From assembly GCF_964204645.1 (NCBI RefSeq), contig NC_134032.1, positions 1,484,416 through 1,548,415 of the forward strand: a DNA stretch of 64,000 nucleotides, in the 5' to 3' direction. This DNA comes from Tubulanus polymorphus. Taxonomy: Eukaryota > Animalia > Nemertea. How positions within the stretch are numbered: position 1 is the stretch's first letter; each line of letters starts with the position of its first letter. This document shows positions 1 to 14,197 of the stretch, one piece after another. The position numbers and the translations under genes are program-made. The notes under the pieces are model-generated. The model was not told where the DNA came from. It did not search any database and saw only the letters and a list, made by a program, of their open reading frames with translations.

Positions 1-492
1 TGTGGTGCTGTGTACTGTGAGTATGTGTCGATACTCAACGGGTTTAAGGCATTATTTATCTCTGAACGAGACATAACACGACTCGACGAGAAAATACGGG
101 TCTTTGCGAGACTTCACGGGACGTACGCGTCCATACGCCAGCACGCGACTACCATTGGGTCTAACATGGAGCCACACGGTGGTCCCACTGTGGACCCGCT
201 GTGGGACCACGGTGGTCCCTAATCTTTTCCCGTAATACCGTAGGCTAATATTTCAATCATATCGGATCCAGGTATCGATGTAGTCCTACAGCCCTGTGGT
301 GTATGACGGACCCCTCAGACACTATCGTGTTCGAGAAATTCTATCAGCCAGGCCCTGAAAAAAAATATTGACCCTGCATTCTGCATCTATAGCCAAAACG
401 CCCATACTTTACCAACATTATTCCTCTGATCGTCACAATGCGTTCAGGACTTCACCCGATACTTTTTTGATTGGGAACCGACATAATAACCA

Positions 493-699
493 GGACCCAG
501 TTCCACAGTTGTGAGTAAGAGTTAACTCCGAGTTAAAGTTGGTTCATTTTCGATGTTTTAACCCAGGGTCAAATCTTAACTCAGAACTGTGGAACTGGAC
601 CCTGGACCCAGTTGTGAGTTAACTCCGAGTTAAAGTTGGTTCATTTTCGGTGTTCTAACCCAGGGTCAAATCATAACTCAGAACTGTGGAACTGGACCC
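493..699 (+). mobile_element. Two head-to-tail copies of ~110-bp MITE family A (probably PIF/Harbinger-like)
   Basis: Termini GGACCCAGTTCCACAGTT...AACTGTGGAACTGGACC; internal GAGTTAACTC and GTTCATTTTC; the same element recurs many times in the window. Confidence 0.75.
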
Positions 700-830
700 A
701 GTTAAATTAGATATTTAATGAGCAACCTTTCACAAACTGTCTCACACACGTCACGTCACATGGTGACTGGGTGAGGGTTAGAGATGCCTGTTTTAAGATC
801 TAGTGTAAATAGTTTAAACAGCGCGGACGG

Positions 831-879
<49 letters not shown>
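831..879. repeat. (GCT)n microsatellite, ~16 copies
   Basis: Direct reading. Confidence 0.95.
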
Positions 880-3800
880 AGTCGTTGATTTTAATTCGAC
901 TCACACGGATCGATTCTCTAGATGTCTATAAGAATCGTTGTTTATGATGTTTACCCAGAAATGTTTCGTACATCAATAAAACTATGTGTCGCTTTTATTG
1001 ATTTTCGATGTGTCTTAACGCGGCGCGCGCTGGCGTTCTCCACATCCACGTCTCGGACAGAATATATTGCGACATCGTTCGCTTCACCGCGTCCCGCTCA
1101 CTGCGCATGCGCGCGCCTTTTCCGATGCCAGTCACGTGGTCTCGTCGACCCGAGTGCGGATCGACGGCGATGTAAAGTTTAATAGTTACGTCCTGGGAGA
1201 GCTGGCCGCTCATTGGTTTGAATCCACTGTGACCCGCGCGACAGTAGCTCCGGTTTAGGAAACCCGATGTTGAATATTTTATCCCTCGAATGACGAAAGT
1301 CGAATATCGACGTCTGTTCTGCGCAGTAATACTCGCTTACCGCAGTTAGGCGGCTTCAATCTTAAACCAGATAATCAGTTTGGTCAAAATGACTTCTATG
1401 AGTGTTGTTGACTGCTTTTATCCGCTGTCGCACGATTGTTTAGCATTTTCAGCCTCGAGTCTATTTTGCACTAGTCTATCCTCGATTGCTGAGTTAGTAG
1501 GAGTGAGTAGAGGCATAAACTCGTACATGCTGATCATCTTCAGCCGACCGGCTTTACACTATCGGGTGGATCATCGATTCCTCGGTGGAAAAAAACATAT
1601 CGGACTTTCCTCATCTGTCGTTTAGAATATAGCTGACTGATCACTTCACAATTATCAAAGCCTCGATGATTGAATAATCTACAACACTGCCATTTTGTTC
1701 ATATCCTATAGCAAGTCAACTTCACACTAGCACACCTGGTGGATCCTCGATTACCAGTGCTAGAATCCTCAACTTTCACATCACTCTGACAATGATCTTC
1801 GCCATTGTACACTTAAGCTGCTGCGGGATGCCAGCATAGCGCTCTATTAAACCACTTGAGCTTACAGGGATGCCTAACCTTCACTCTTTACACTGCTTAT
1901 AGTCTGACTCTACATATGATAAACCCTATATCTCATTTTGTGTGGTTGAAATAGCCGCCATTTTGTTTTTGAACAGTTGTTCCATGGGCGTATCGGTTCG
2001 AATTGTATATTGGGGTTGGATGCGGCGGGATGGTCGCGCGGACTCGACTCCGCCTTCTACAGACACTTAACAACATGGCGGAGACAAATGCGCAGCAGCA
2101 GTTTGTGGTTGTAAATTAGACTATTTACCACCAGTAACGCCAATCCAACAGATCGATCGAGCGCACGGATATTTTGGCGTCGACCAATCAACTGGGTATT
2201 GATTAAATAAAAATCCACTAAACGAGACCACAGGCTATGAATATGCAGATTGTCGTCGGTTCATCACGGCGAGTTTCCAATTTCACGATCCAGGTTAATT
2301 CTAACACTTGACGGGATTGATCGCGCTGCGCTCCGTCTAATGACCGAGTCATTGCAACCGAGGAGAAATATCGAACTTTGTGTTCGACGGGTGGAAAGTT
2401 GGTATAAGCTGAATTGGCAATATGTCAGTCTGTGTATATGCTACTGGAGTTCACTATTGAATCTCAGTGTATCGTAGATAATAAGGTCAGCGAGTTTATT
2501 CCTCAAAATCTTGAGATGTCGCGTAGTTCAAACACGCGACCGAAAAAACCGACCGCAGTCTTGCGCGTGTAGAACGGTGGATAGTGGCGCACTTGTACAG
2601 CACTGTGGAACTGGGTCCAGAGGACTTACAAACTGTCGTGAAACCTGTCTTTTGGTTGACCGCCAATATGGCGTACAGTCACGTGGAACTAATACACAAA
2701 ATACTGATCAACATCAGCCATGTAACAAACAAGTTGCGCTGATCTCCTCGCCCAACTTTCTCGGGCATTATGTTTTCAATGCGCGGTATCAAACACAACT
2801 GATATCGAGGACGCCTAAACCAACTGATTCCCTGCGTTATCGTACACAGGTCAATCTACGAAGCCTTCTTAATCCGACATCAAATTCACTTCAAAGAACA
2901 AGTTTACAGTCTTTGATTATTGTGAAGTCACCTCGCTGCCCTCACACACCGCCATCTCACCCACACTAAGCTCATTGGCGTGATTGAAGTATTCCAGCGG
3001 CAAAGCTGTTTTTTATGTGATGTTTTTGTTTTGCATTAGACTGGGCGCCGGATCCTTCATGTTCCCAGTAATCAAAAATGTCTTAGCCACGAGTTGATGC
3101 CAGTATTGTGTACCGTACGGCTCGACTCGGGGGACTATTGTCTTTTCTAACTATATACTTTATCAGATGGGATATATATGGCCCGTCGCATCCGGGTCCC
3201 ACGAGCATCTCTCATATATCTCCTACCAATCAATACGACGTCCATCCCGATGATTGGCTGATTTTTCCACGACACGTGACCCCGCATTAATTCCTAAGAC
3301 ATCTCAATCGTGATCGCCAAGTTTATCTTTCGACAAAACGCGCTATCTATACTGGTAAACTAATCATAGCAGTGGTCAACGGATCAACTCATCGCCATGG
3401 TTACTTAATCTTCGTCGTTAACTATCGCCATGGCAACGCGTAACGGACGAAATTATGGTTGATTTTGTTGATGTCGGACGCAAAGTTGATTTATATCCCG
3501 GCATCAGACTCTTTAATAAACACAATATACATGTACTAATGATGTTTTATAAGAGATAGTGGAGAGAGGGAACCAAAATATCATCCATCCATCGGGTCAG
3601 CGACGGAAAGGTCACCTAGAAATCAATCGTGTCATTAGGAGTTGGCGGTCGGTGGAAAAAAACTTCGTCAATATTGACAAGTGCTAGAGAGAAAGAAAGG
3701 TTGAAGTCTTAGTAGGAACTGCTACCGAAATAGAAGCGAACTCTTAGGAAAACCTGGTTTGATGTTTCAATTTGCACTTAACGTAGCTCTTTTAAACCAA

Positions 3801-5029
3801 CCGCTGCCTTTTTCAAACGCTACTCGCTTTCACGGCGCGTCAATATACTTTTTGATTCCGGTTAATTCAATCACGTTACTCCGTGCGCCTGGTTGAATTC
3901 AGTTCCGATGCGGCGTTAAGTGGTTCGTGCGGTTTTACGAGGCTAGGTATCAGCGGTGTAGATTCAGGACCCAGCCGACTCGAATGTATAGCCGCGATCG
4001 CACGACCGTTTTTGACCCGAGCCAAATTTCGTGGCAAATCCTTTCGATCAGAAAACCACTTTTTAGATGTAAAATGATATCAATCTGGACCTGGTATTTG
4101 ATAGATTAATTTTTTAGAAATTACCCAATGTCAGTTATCTAACTTAGACATACCGTGTGCCCCGTCGCGACTTAAGTCTTAAGTCTTAATCTTAATAATC
4201 AACTCAGATCTTAACATGTTTTAGATAGGCTATAGAACTAAGATGGTCCAATAATGGTCTTTGATTGGTCTTCAATCTAATCCATGACTGTGCTGCTGAA
4301 GTGGCCCCTGGTGCTAATCCAGTTCTGGGCCGTCTCTTTCCAAGTTTTTAGAAAGTTTATGTTTTGAAGAACACGAACGGCGTGGGTAATAGGTACCTCG
4401 CGACGTCTGAGTATGAAAACAAGTTGCTAATTTGAGCGGTAAACGTAGTTTGCTGTGTGTAATAGGAGACATTAATCTTCCAATAGAAACTCGTAGACAG
4501 TCGCGCGAGTAGTCGAATATTTCTGTGATCATGAGACCAAATCTAATTTGACCGGTGACGACTCTTCTCGCAGCCAATGGCAGTGAACACAACGTTCCAT
4601 CAATGCGACTAAAGTGCTGCTGGCAGCGGTTGTAGTTGAGCGGGTGGTGAAAAAACGTTTAAACGCTGCTGCCTCAAAACAGATCTGCGGACGAACTCCC
4701 ATCTATCCCAAATTCGGACTCGCCTGACCAATAATCAAATTTTGAAAAATTCAGACCTGTAGAAACGAAGGATATCCCGGTACAGATATTCCAGTAGGTC
4801 TCTACATCGGAGCCGAAATATTGCAGGCCGTGTTCGGTACTCACTCATATTCCAGGAAAATATGTTCAGTGAATCCCCTGTCTCTCAGGACCAATGTATT
4901 TCATCAATCGTACGCTTTTCGTCACTGCTACCACTTTCTTGTGCATTGTAGGTGCGTTGTCCATGGGTTGAGTTGAGAAGGAACCTCCCTCTCGTTCATT
5001 CCATCCTATCTCTACCAAATCTCTCCACG

Positions 5030-5130
5030 TGCCTCTCTGCCTCTCTGCCTCTCTGCCTCTCTGCCTCTCTGCCTCTCTGCCTCTCTGCCTCTCTGCCTCT
5101 CTGCCTCTCTGCCTCTCTGCCTCTCTGCCT
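5030..5130. repeat. (GCCTCTCT)n tandem repeat
   Basis: Direct reading. Confidence 0.9.
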
Positions 5131-5249
5131 CGTCCTTTCTCCTATGCTTAGCCGTCCAATTCATCTACCTCACCATTTCTTTCCCCTACATCTTTATCAC
5201 TCTGCCTCTCTTCCCCTCCCGTGTCCTCTCTTTATCTCATCATTTCTAT

Positions 5250-7076
5250 CCTCTCTCCTCCTCTCCTCTTCCATCTCCTCTCTCCTCCTCTCCTCTTCCA
5301 TCTCCTCTCTCCTCTTCCATCTCCTCCCTCCTCTCACCTCTCCCCTTTCTCCTCTTCCATCTACTCTCCCCTCTTCCATATCTCCTCTTCCATCTCCTCT
5401 CCCCCCTCTCTCCTCTTCCATCTCCTCTTCCATCTCCATTCTCCTCTTCCATCTCCTCTCTCCTCTTCCATCTCCTCTCTCCTCTTCCATCTCCTCTCTC
5501 CTCTTCCATCTCCTCTCTCCTCTTCCATCTCTCCTCTTCCATCTCCTCTCTCCTCTTCCATCTCCTCTTCCATCTCTCCTCTTCCATCTCCTCTCTCCTC
5601 TTCCATCTCCATCTCCTCTTCCATCTCCTCTCTCCTCTTCCATCTCCTCTTCCATCTCTCCTCTTCCATCTCCTCTTCCATCTCCTCTCTCCTCTTCCAT
5701 CTCCTCTCTCCTCTTCCATCTCCTCTCTCCTCTTCCATCTCCTCTCTCCTCTTCCATCTCCATTCTCCTCTTCCATCTCCTCTCCTCTTCCATCTCCTCT
5801 TCCATCTCCTCTCTCCTCTTCCATCTCCTCTCTCCTCTTCCATCTCCTCTTCCATCTCCTCTCTCCTCTTCCATCTCTCCTCTTCCATCTCTCCTCTTCC
5901 ATCTCCCCTTCCATCTCCTCTTCCATCTCTCCTCTTCCATCTCCATTCTCCTCTTCCATCTCCTCTCTCCTCTTCCATCTCCTCTCTCCTCTTCCATCTC
6001 CTCTTCCATCTCCTCTCTCCTCTTCCATCTCTCCTCTTCCATCTCTCCTCTTCCATCTCCCTTCCATCTCCTCTTCCATCTCTCCTCTTCCATCTCCATT
6101 CTCCTCTTCCATCTCCTCTCTCCTCTTCCATCTCTCCTCTTCCATCTCTCCTCTTCCATCTCCCCTTCCATCTCCTCTTCCATCTCTCCTCTTCCATCTC
6201 CTCTCTCCTCTTCCATCTCCTCTCTCCTCTTCCATCTCTCCTCTTCCATCTCCTCTTCCATCTCCTCTCTCCTCTTCCATCTCTCCTCTTACATCTCCTC
6301 TCTCCTCTTCCATCTCCTCTCTCCTCTTCCATCTCCTCTTCCATCTCTCCTCTTCCATCTCCTCTCCTCTTCCATCTCCTCTTCCATCTCCTCTCTCCTC
6401 TTCCATCTCTCCTCTTACATCTCCTCTCTCCTCTTCCATCTCCTCTCTCCTCTTCCATCTCCTCTTCCATCTCTCCTCTTCCATCTCCTCTCCTCTTCCA
6501 TCTCCTCTTCCATCTCCTCTCTCCTCTTCCATCTCCTCTCTCCTCTTCCATCTCCTCTTCCATCTCCTCTCTCCTCTTCCATCTCCTCTCTCCTCTTCCA
6601 TCTCTCCTCTTCCATCTCTCCTCTTCCATCTCCCCTTCCATCTCCTCTTCCATCTCTCCTCTTCCATCTCCATTCTCCTCTTCCATCTCCTCTCTCCTCT
6701 TCCATCTCCTCTCTCCTCTTCCATCTCCTCTCTCCTCTTCCATCTCTCCTCTTCCATCTCCTCTTCCATCTCCTCTCTCCTCTTCCATCTCTCCTCTTCC
6801 ATCTCCTCTTCCATCTCCTCTCTCCTCTTCCATCTCTCCTCTTACATCTCCTCTCTCCTCTTCCATCTCCTCTCTCCTCTTCCATCTCCTCTTCCATCTC
6901 TCCTCTTCCATCTCTCCTCTTCCATCTCCTCTTCCATCTCCTCTCTCCTCTTCCATCTCTCCTCTTACATCTCCTCTCTCCTCTTCCATCTCCTCTCTCC
7001 TCTTCCATCTCCTCTTCCATCTCTCCTCTTCCATCTCCACTCTCCTCTCTTCCCCCTCATCTCTATCCCTCTCTTT
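5250..7076. repeat. ~1.8-kb pyrimidine-rich complex satellite built from CTCCTCTTCCAT with CT spacers
   Basis: Direct reading; it produces the spurious 200-700 aa ORFs on both strands. Confidence 0.95.
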
Positions 7077-8568
7077 TCTAAGTTCTCTGTCAGACAGAGT
7101 CAAAATTGAATCTACTCGTGGAATATGCCGAGTCCTATAATATATGCTTCGTTCTCTCTCCATATATCTATAACTAACACATCGAATTCCTCGAGGCGAC
7201 GTTGTATCCGTGTATATTTTCACTCGAGTATCAGCTCTCTCTCTCTCTCTCTTGATGACTGCACGTCTGGTGGTGATTTAACGGCTTTCACCAACGAGTC
7301 ACACATCAAAAAATTCTTTGTATATATCAATAAGAGAGCTAGCTATAGTGGAGACTAGGAGATTGAGAGGAGAGGAGGGATGATAGATAGAGGATAGAAA
7401 GGAGAAGATAGGGGGCTAGGGGAGGAGAGGAGAGGATGATGGATAGGGTAGGAGATAGAGTTGTTTACCACACTATCAATTCGCATTTGTTCATTCAAAC
7501 ATTTTCCTGTCGAACATTATCAAAATAACTACTATACACTTTAACGACAAAGAGTATAGCTTGCCTCGAAAAAGTTCCCCCGCTCCCCTCGCCCCTCTTT
7601 CCAGCTCCCCTCGCCCCTTCTCCCCCACTCCCTCAACCCTTCTTCCCAGCTCCCCTCGCCCTTCTCCCCTGCTCCCACTCGCCCCTTCTTGCCCGCTCCC
7701 CTCGCCCCTTCCTCCCACTCTCCTATATGTCTCCATCATTCTGTATTTTGTAGAAACTGCTGTTGATATTTGACGGATGTGAGTTAAATGTAGCGAACTG
7801 ATTATAAACTGTCCTGTTAACTGAAGCAACCCTCACCACTCTCTCCCGTCGCCGCTATCGCTCAGCTAGTTATATTTCCACACGTTCAATACTGCTTTCC
7901 GTCGCTGTATTAATCAAGTTTTGTCGATCGCTCTAAGATCTATATACATCGCGTGGAGGGGAAAAAAAACGAAATACGTTTCTTCTTGTGTGTGTCGCGC
8001 GTTTGGTCGATTTGCGAACAATCAGAATCTCTATTCTCCATCCTGTCCGTATGTGAATGCCTTGTAACGCGCGTTCCGCTGGTGTTTCGCGTTCTGTTTT
8101 TGTGTGTTGTTGTCCGAAGCAATCGGGGGGAAACGAATCCTAAGATTGAGCCAGTTACAGACGTCTATGTGCCGTCTATAAAAAAAAGAAACACAGGCAA
8201 GCGCAAGGTGATTAATCCAGAAAACCGTGACGTCATTAGTATCATCATACCGACAGAGCACCGCGAGGGTCACTCATTAGCTGGCTTCAATCCATTTATC
8301 GTGCTAGGGGGCTGGGGGGCTGGGGGGATTGGTTTCCGTCCAGTTTCGCGAAAAAGTTTATGTTTAAAGCGGTTATGTTTCAATTGTTGTCTTCATTGAT
8401 AGCGACTAAACCAAAGATTTGACGTTTTTCCTTAAACAGGACCTTGATATCAATTAGTGATTATTATAAGTAGACAAGAGTTAATCTTAGGCTTATAGCT
8501 CGGTGAAATACCATCAGAATTTGAATTTAGAGTCGCGAACTGGAGACTGGATCAGGCTAACTCGGGTC

Positions 8569-9114
8569 GTGATGACGTATGACTGGGAAGTGATGACGTA
8601 TGACTGGGAAATGATGACGTATGACTGGGAAGTGATGACGTATGACTGGGAAGTGATGACGTATGACTGGGAAGTGATGACGTATGACTAAGAAGTGATG
8701 ACGTATGACTGGGAAGTGATGACGTATGACTGGGAAGTGATGACGTATGACTGGGAAGTGATGACGTATGACTGGGAAGTGATGACGTATGACTGGGAAG
8801 TGATGACGTATGACTGGGAAGTGATGACGTATGACTGGGAAGTGATGACGTATGACTAAGAAGTGATGACGTATGACTGGAAAGTGATGACGTATGACTG
8901 GGAAGTGATGACGTATGACTGGGAAGTGATGACGTATGACTAGGAAGTGATGACGTATGACTGGGAAGTGACGACGTATGACTGGGAAGTGACGACGTAT
9001 GACTGGGAAGTGACGACGTATGACTGGGAAGTGATGACGTATGACTGGGAAGTGATGACGTATGACTGGGAAGTGATGACGTATGACTGGGAAGTGATGA
9101 CGTATGACTGGGAA
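8569..9114. repeat. 21-bp minisatellite GTGATGACGTATGACTGGGAA, ~26 copies
   Basis: Direct reading (VMTYDWE repeats in the ORF track). Confidence 0.95.
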
Positions 9115-10382
9115 TCGGGGGCAGTAAGGACTAACTCCAGTTATCCCGCTATAGATGGGTGCGCATCAATTACTTGCATCTCAATATACATCCACACTAG
9201 ACACTGTCATCAAACCGTGTCATTGACAAACTTAGATTAATCGTCACGGGCTCGAATTCATTCTCATTGAATCTGGGTGGATTTTTCACTGAATCGTCCG
9301 CCGTTGTCCGACTGCTCGCTAGCGACACCTGGTGGATGCTGACGCGGGTCGAGTGAGACCGTATCGTGATAACACATGTGCGCGCGCGGTTCATTGATGC
9401 CCTACTAAGCACCGTAGCGACACCTATATTCAGGTGAGTTTATCACCCTATTGATTACGGTACGGCGGAATAGTGGTTGATCCACGCAGCTGAGCCTGTC
9501 GTTCGGGGAACCTTTATAACTTTATCTTATGTCATCATGTCATTTCTACTGATTTATAGACGGTTTTATGGCGACATGTGGGGTTTCTGGGGGTTTCCGT
9601 GGTACATCAACCACACTCGTGACATTCAACGGCTCTGTTGTACTGTTTGGGACCAGTAACAACGTTAGCTGTCGGCGTATCTATCTGAAATATTCGTGTA
9701 AACACGGCATTCGTCGCTTTGTTAATTGTTTCCTTTTTGTCAGCCGTTTCACCCTCTCTCACTCCCTCTTTTTTGCCTAAAGTAGTGGATCTTTGTCAGT
9801 TTGTCAAAATGAACGTAGACGCGCGATTTGTGAAGTCACCTAGCGTTGCTTTCTGCTCGCATTCTCGTAAACGCGTAAAAATCTTAATTATTCGTAATTA
9901 GGAAGTTTGTCTATCTTCATTCAAGAACAACTGACTTTGAAATTGCGATTAGTTGTTTTATAGTTTTCTCATGAATTGACACGCATTTTGACGACGGTAT
10001 GTTGCGCGCAGACGGCAGTGTATCAGCGATGGTGTGATGATCCCTCGTCCCATGTATCCAGCTAATTACTGATTCGCGCGCTGTGATAAATAGGTCCATT
10101 AAAATCTATTACTGCATTGAATTAATTCATTAGTTCGAGATGATTCGCAGTTTAACAGTGTTCACGTGAGACACGCACTCCCCACCTCTCCCTCTCTCGC
10201 TCTCTCTCTCTCTTGTCACTCTATGATGGTTTATGGCTGGTGTTTAAAGCCGTACGTGAGACAGATTTCGAATCGGGTTTAGTTTACTTTATTGGCCCCG
10301 AATGTCGCAGATACGGAGACACAGAGATAGACAGAGACACGGAACGGGAAAGGAATGATTAGTAGTGATGATGATTATCTAA

Positions 10383-10517
<135 letters not shown>

Positions 10518-12477
10518 ACAGTACAGATGAAACTGTACCAGTACCACTTCCTAATGCACCGCGCGCACAGTTCTTCCAACATCTGCAAGACTTGTCTCAT
10601 TCGGCTTAAAAGATATAGCGCATAATCCTCGGAACGTAGAAGCGAACTTTCCGGGAACGACCTCTCGTAGCAAGTGGATTAACCGTAAGGATTGAACTTT
10701 AAAGGGTTTAGCAGGATGGCTATACAGAAGCCGGCGCTCGCTTGTAACTGCTGGATTAGAAGTCTCTTATTTTCTACTTTCTCTTCGGTAAAACATGAAA
10801 CATGTTTCCCCCAGAGAGAATTAAGTACAGCCCGTACACAGTCTACTGGTAACTTCAGCTAAAACACAAGTGTGTAAGTAGACTGTAGTCGCAATGCCGC
10901 CGCGACACAGGTGCCACGGTCTATATAGTTAACACCAGTCGGTGTCGGCATTTTCCCAGATCAGATCGCGCAAATTCGAATCAATCATTTGAAAGACAAA
11001 TATATCCAAAACGTATCAAGACGTTGTCCTTCAACTTTTCAATAGCCGATTCTTATGAAATCTACAAAACTGAGTGCGGATTTTTGAGGGCTACTTTAGT
11101 TAACTAACCTACCCACCGATCTTGGGATTAATTTCTGCAGATTCCATTGTTCCAATCACACTCCACCTGTCGAAACGGACAGGTATATAGCCAGATCCCG
11201 CGAGCAGATTGACCATAGCCTAAATGTAATCAAAATACTGTTTACAACGAATTTGGAAAGATTTTTATTAGAAATAAGAAAAAATTGAACCCGGAAGAAC
11301 GAGTTTCTAAATATACATGGAAGCTAGCGGATCCTCGATTGCCGCAGTAGAGTTACTAGTTCCCGCTGAACCGACGACATTTTGACTGGTGATTCCCCGA
11401 TACAAATCGAATCTAGCCGTGATTATCCGCAATATTTACCCAACAATATTCAACATATGCGGTAGATATATTCATGACTGGTCGCGTCTAAATCCCCTCC
11501 CTGAAATCCCGGAATACGACAGGACAAACATCTCAAACTGCATCCAATAAACTGAATTAGATGTGTGTGTATGCACGGGTCCAATAGGATTATATTTATA
11601 TTATATATATTGCCGGTGCCGTGCGTATCAAAAGCTCAACAGTAAATCGAATTTCGTAGATGAATCACTCGAGGGATCAGGTTGTCAGTACTGGTTTTGA
11701 TTTGCTATGAACCACCAAACGATTCGTCGTGGGAGTCAGTTATTAATAAGACGTGTAAATTAAATATAGGAGTAGCAGCGGCGTTAGGGGAAATTGTTTA
11801 AAATAGTCCTAACTTTACCGGTCTTAACTTTAGGCTACCCTTAGCAGGAGAGAAAGAGACATAGGTAGGGGCAGAGTATTTGACACCGACTCGCGAATTT
11901 TAACTCATTATTTGTGACCGGTTTAAAACGGTTGTTCTCGGCGTTGAAAACAGACGGTTGCATTTAAACCAGAAATCTGACGTTTTTGTGAAACTAGAGC
12001 CTGACCTGATTGCGTTGCCGAAACCCTTTTGGGGGAACATTCGCCTCTGTCCGAGGCGATACAATCGCCATGTTTTTGAACCACCACTACACCTCAATAT
12101 ACCCGCGAATCCTACTTCACAATCGTCTGTTATTCATCCCGTCTTTAGGACCCGTACATATAACGAACGTACGAAACACGCAGTAATTATATATGATATA
12201 TTTTACGTCTGATAAAGTTCCCACGACTCGAGTGGGGCCCAAGTTGTCTATATTTAACCGAACCGGGTCGGTTGACGGAGCGCGCGGATAATGATGACAC
12301 ATTCACCACCACAGTTTTCACAAGCCGATTACCGCTAGCCTAATTATTATCATTATATATACATGTTGCAGTTCGCTATTAGCAAAACATATTATCAGGA
12401 AGTAAAATGTTTCATTATCTTGTTACAGATCTCATAACGGTTCCCATTAAAATGTTGATACGTTACTAAGTGATTAT

Positions 12478-12540
12478 GGCACTGACCGAGGATCGAACCC
12501 GGGTCTCGCACTTACTAGGCAAACGTGCTAAGCAGTAGGC
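12478..12540 (-). mobile_element. tRNA-derived SINE head fragment
   Basis: The reverse strand has a B-box-like GGTTCGATCC; similar to 57374-57446 and ~40548-40610. Confidence 0.5.
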
Positions 12541-12551
12541 AAATACAACTA

Positions 12552-13051
12552 CTGTCTGTCACACTTGCTCTCCGTGCGACGTTTTGGTCCGTAATTTCGT
12601 TAATAATCGGTTTATCTACCTTCATTACGCATCAATTTGTTCAGTGTGGAATTTGCATTCAGAAATAAACAACAATTTTTACTAAAGTTGTTTTTGTTTT
12701 CATTTATGAGCGATAGTTTACTCAGCATACGCTCGCGTAATGCTGAAAAATCCGCTCCGCGGACGCTCGGAAACGTTACAGTGACGTCATCACCTGCTCA
12801 TTAGCATATCAAAATACAGTAGGTGGCGCCACGTGACGGGCCATAAAAGCCGTTTTTCAGCATTACGCGAGCGTATGCTAGGTAAACTATCGCTGATAGA
12901 AGAAAACACAAACAAATTTATGCCAGTTCATGATTTATTTCTGAATGCAAATTCCTTACTGAACAAATTGATGCATAATATTTACAGATCAACCGATTAT
13001 TAACGAAATTACGGACCAAAACGTCGCACGAAGAGCATGTGTGACAGACAG
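12552..13051. mobile_element. ~500-bp foldback MITE with ~200-bp terminal inverted repeats and TA flanks (Tc1/mariner-like)
   Basis: Left arm CTGTCTGTCACAC...GCGTAATGCTGAAAAA (12552-12750) is the imperfect reverse complement of the right arm TTTTTCAGCATTACGC...GTGTGACAGACAG (12853-13051); TA on both sides. Confidence 0.85.
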
Positions 13052-14070
13052 TAGTCTTTTCGTGGGAAAAACGACTCCAATGATTCAGTAAATTATGATG
13101 AGTTACTATAATGACAGCCTCGTCACTACTAAATGATTTAAACGTTTCGGTCAAATCTAACAACGCTGTCTCATTCTCAATGACGTCAACAATTGAGCAA
13201 CAAAACAATTAGTTACTAACGGCGACCATCTCATTTTCAATACTTTCAACTTTTAAACGACATTGTCATTCTCGATGACTTTTGGATGTCGCGCGTTGTA
13301 CTTTTAGACATCTGAATCCCGGTAACTGATATGAATGCCTATTCATCAATATCATGTACAAGATTTTTATACTTATAAAATAAGTATAATATAATTGAAA
13401 GGATATTCTCGTGCTAAAAGCCGTGGTACCAAAAAAGGAGGATGCCCTGAACACGACCGCTTGGCGCTGCAAAAACCATCCTATAACGTCTTACCATGCC
13501 GACTTATGTTAATCAAGTTTGCGCCAGGACAGCTGTGACATAAATCAATAAATCACAGATTCTTGTTTGTATAGATAGTCATGGAGTGATGGATCCTGTA
13601 AAGTGAATATTAGAGACCTAGTCCACAATGGCGTCGACTCAACAGTGAACGCGTAGCTGCCTTCTGCGCCCTTCAAATATTCATGATATGCGCATATATA
13701 TACGGGCAATGTCTCAATTTAAAATTTTCTAACTCAATAAACACGAGAACAAGTGAAATCTCGCGAGATTTGACGTCAATTTGCGAGATGTTGATGACTT
13801 GACGGAGATGAACGTCGACAACGTAATCAGCGTTGCGTAGCGTTAATGCGCCCCGTCGGTGCCGTACGTTACTTGACGACAACGTTGACGAAGTAACCGT
13901 CAAATGATCGCAATAATTATAGTCGTTGTATCTATGCGTATCTATGGTGTGTTGGGAGAACATTTAATATATTGTATTTTGTTGCGCAGGTTTTGACCTA
14001 TAATCTATCATTACATTGTCTGTAACCAGTTTTTGTGGTTATTTCGCTAAATTTGTTGAGTAAATTCCAG

Positions 14071-14197
14071 GGGACGGTTGCTCAAAAGTTGGTTAGAGTT
14101 AACCAGTGGATAGTCGATATGGTGACAATTGAAATTTCATTGTTACTATGTTATTTAACGACCGGTTATCTTTAACCAACTTTTGAGCAACTGGCCC
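14071..14197. mobile_element. MITE with TIRs GGGACGGTTGCTCAAAAGTTGGTTA / TAACCAACTTTTGAGCAACTGGCCC
   Basis: ~25-bp inverted termini with CAG/CTG flanks. Confidence 0.75.

Noticed and set aside
1000-1260. CpG-rich patch with NRF1-like TGCGCATGCGC and E-box GTCACGTG as a possible promoter
   Set aside because: No linked exon or transcript evidence, and similar CpG-rich patches occur throughout the window.
4952-7223. ORFs of 200-709 aa on both strands
   Set aside because: Translations of a stop-free CT/GA satellite; open in nearly all frames with no domain content.
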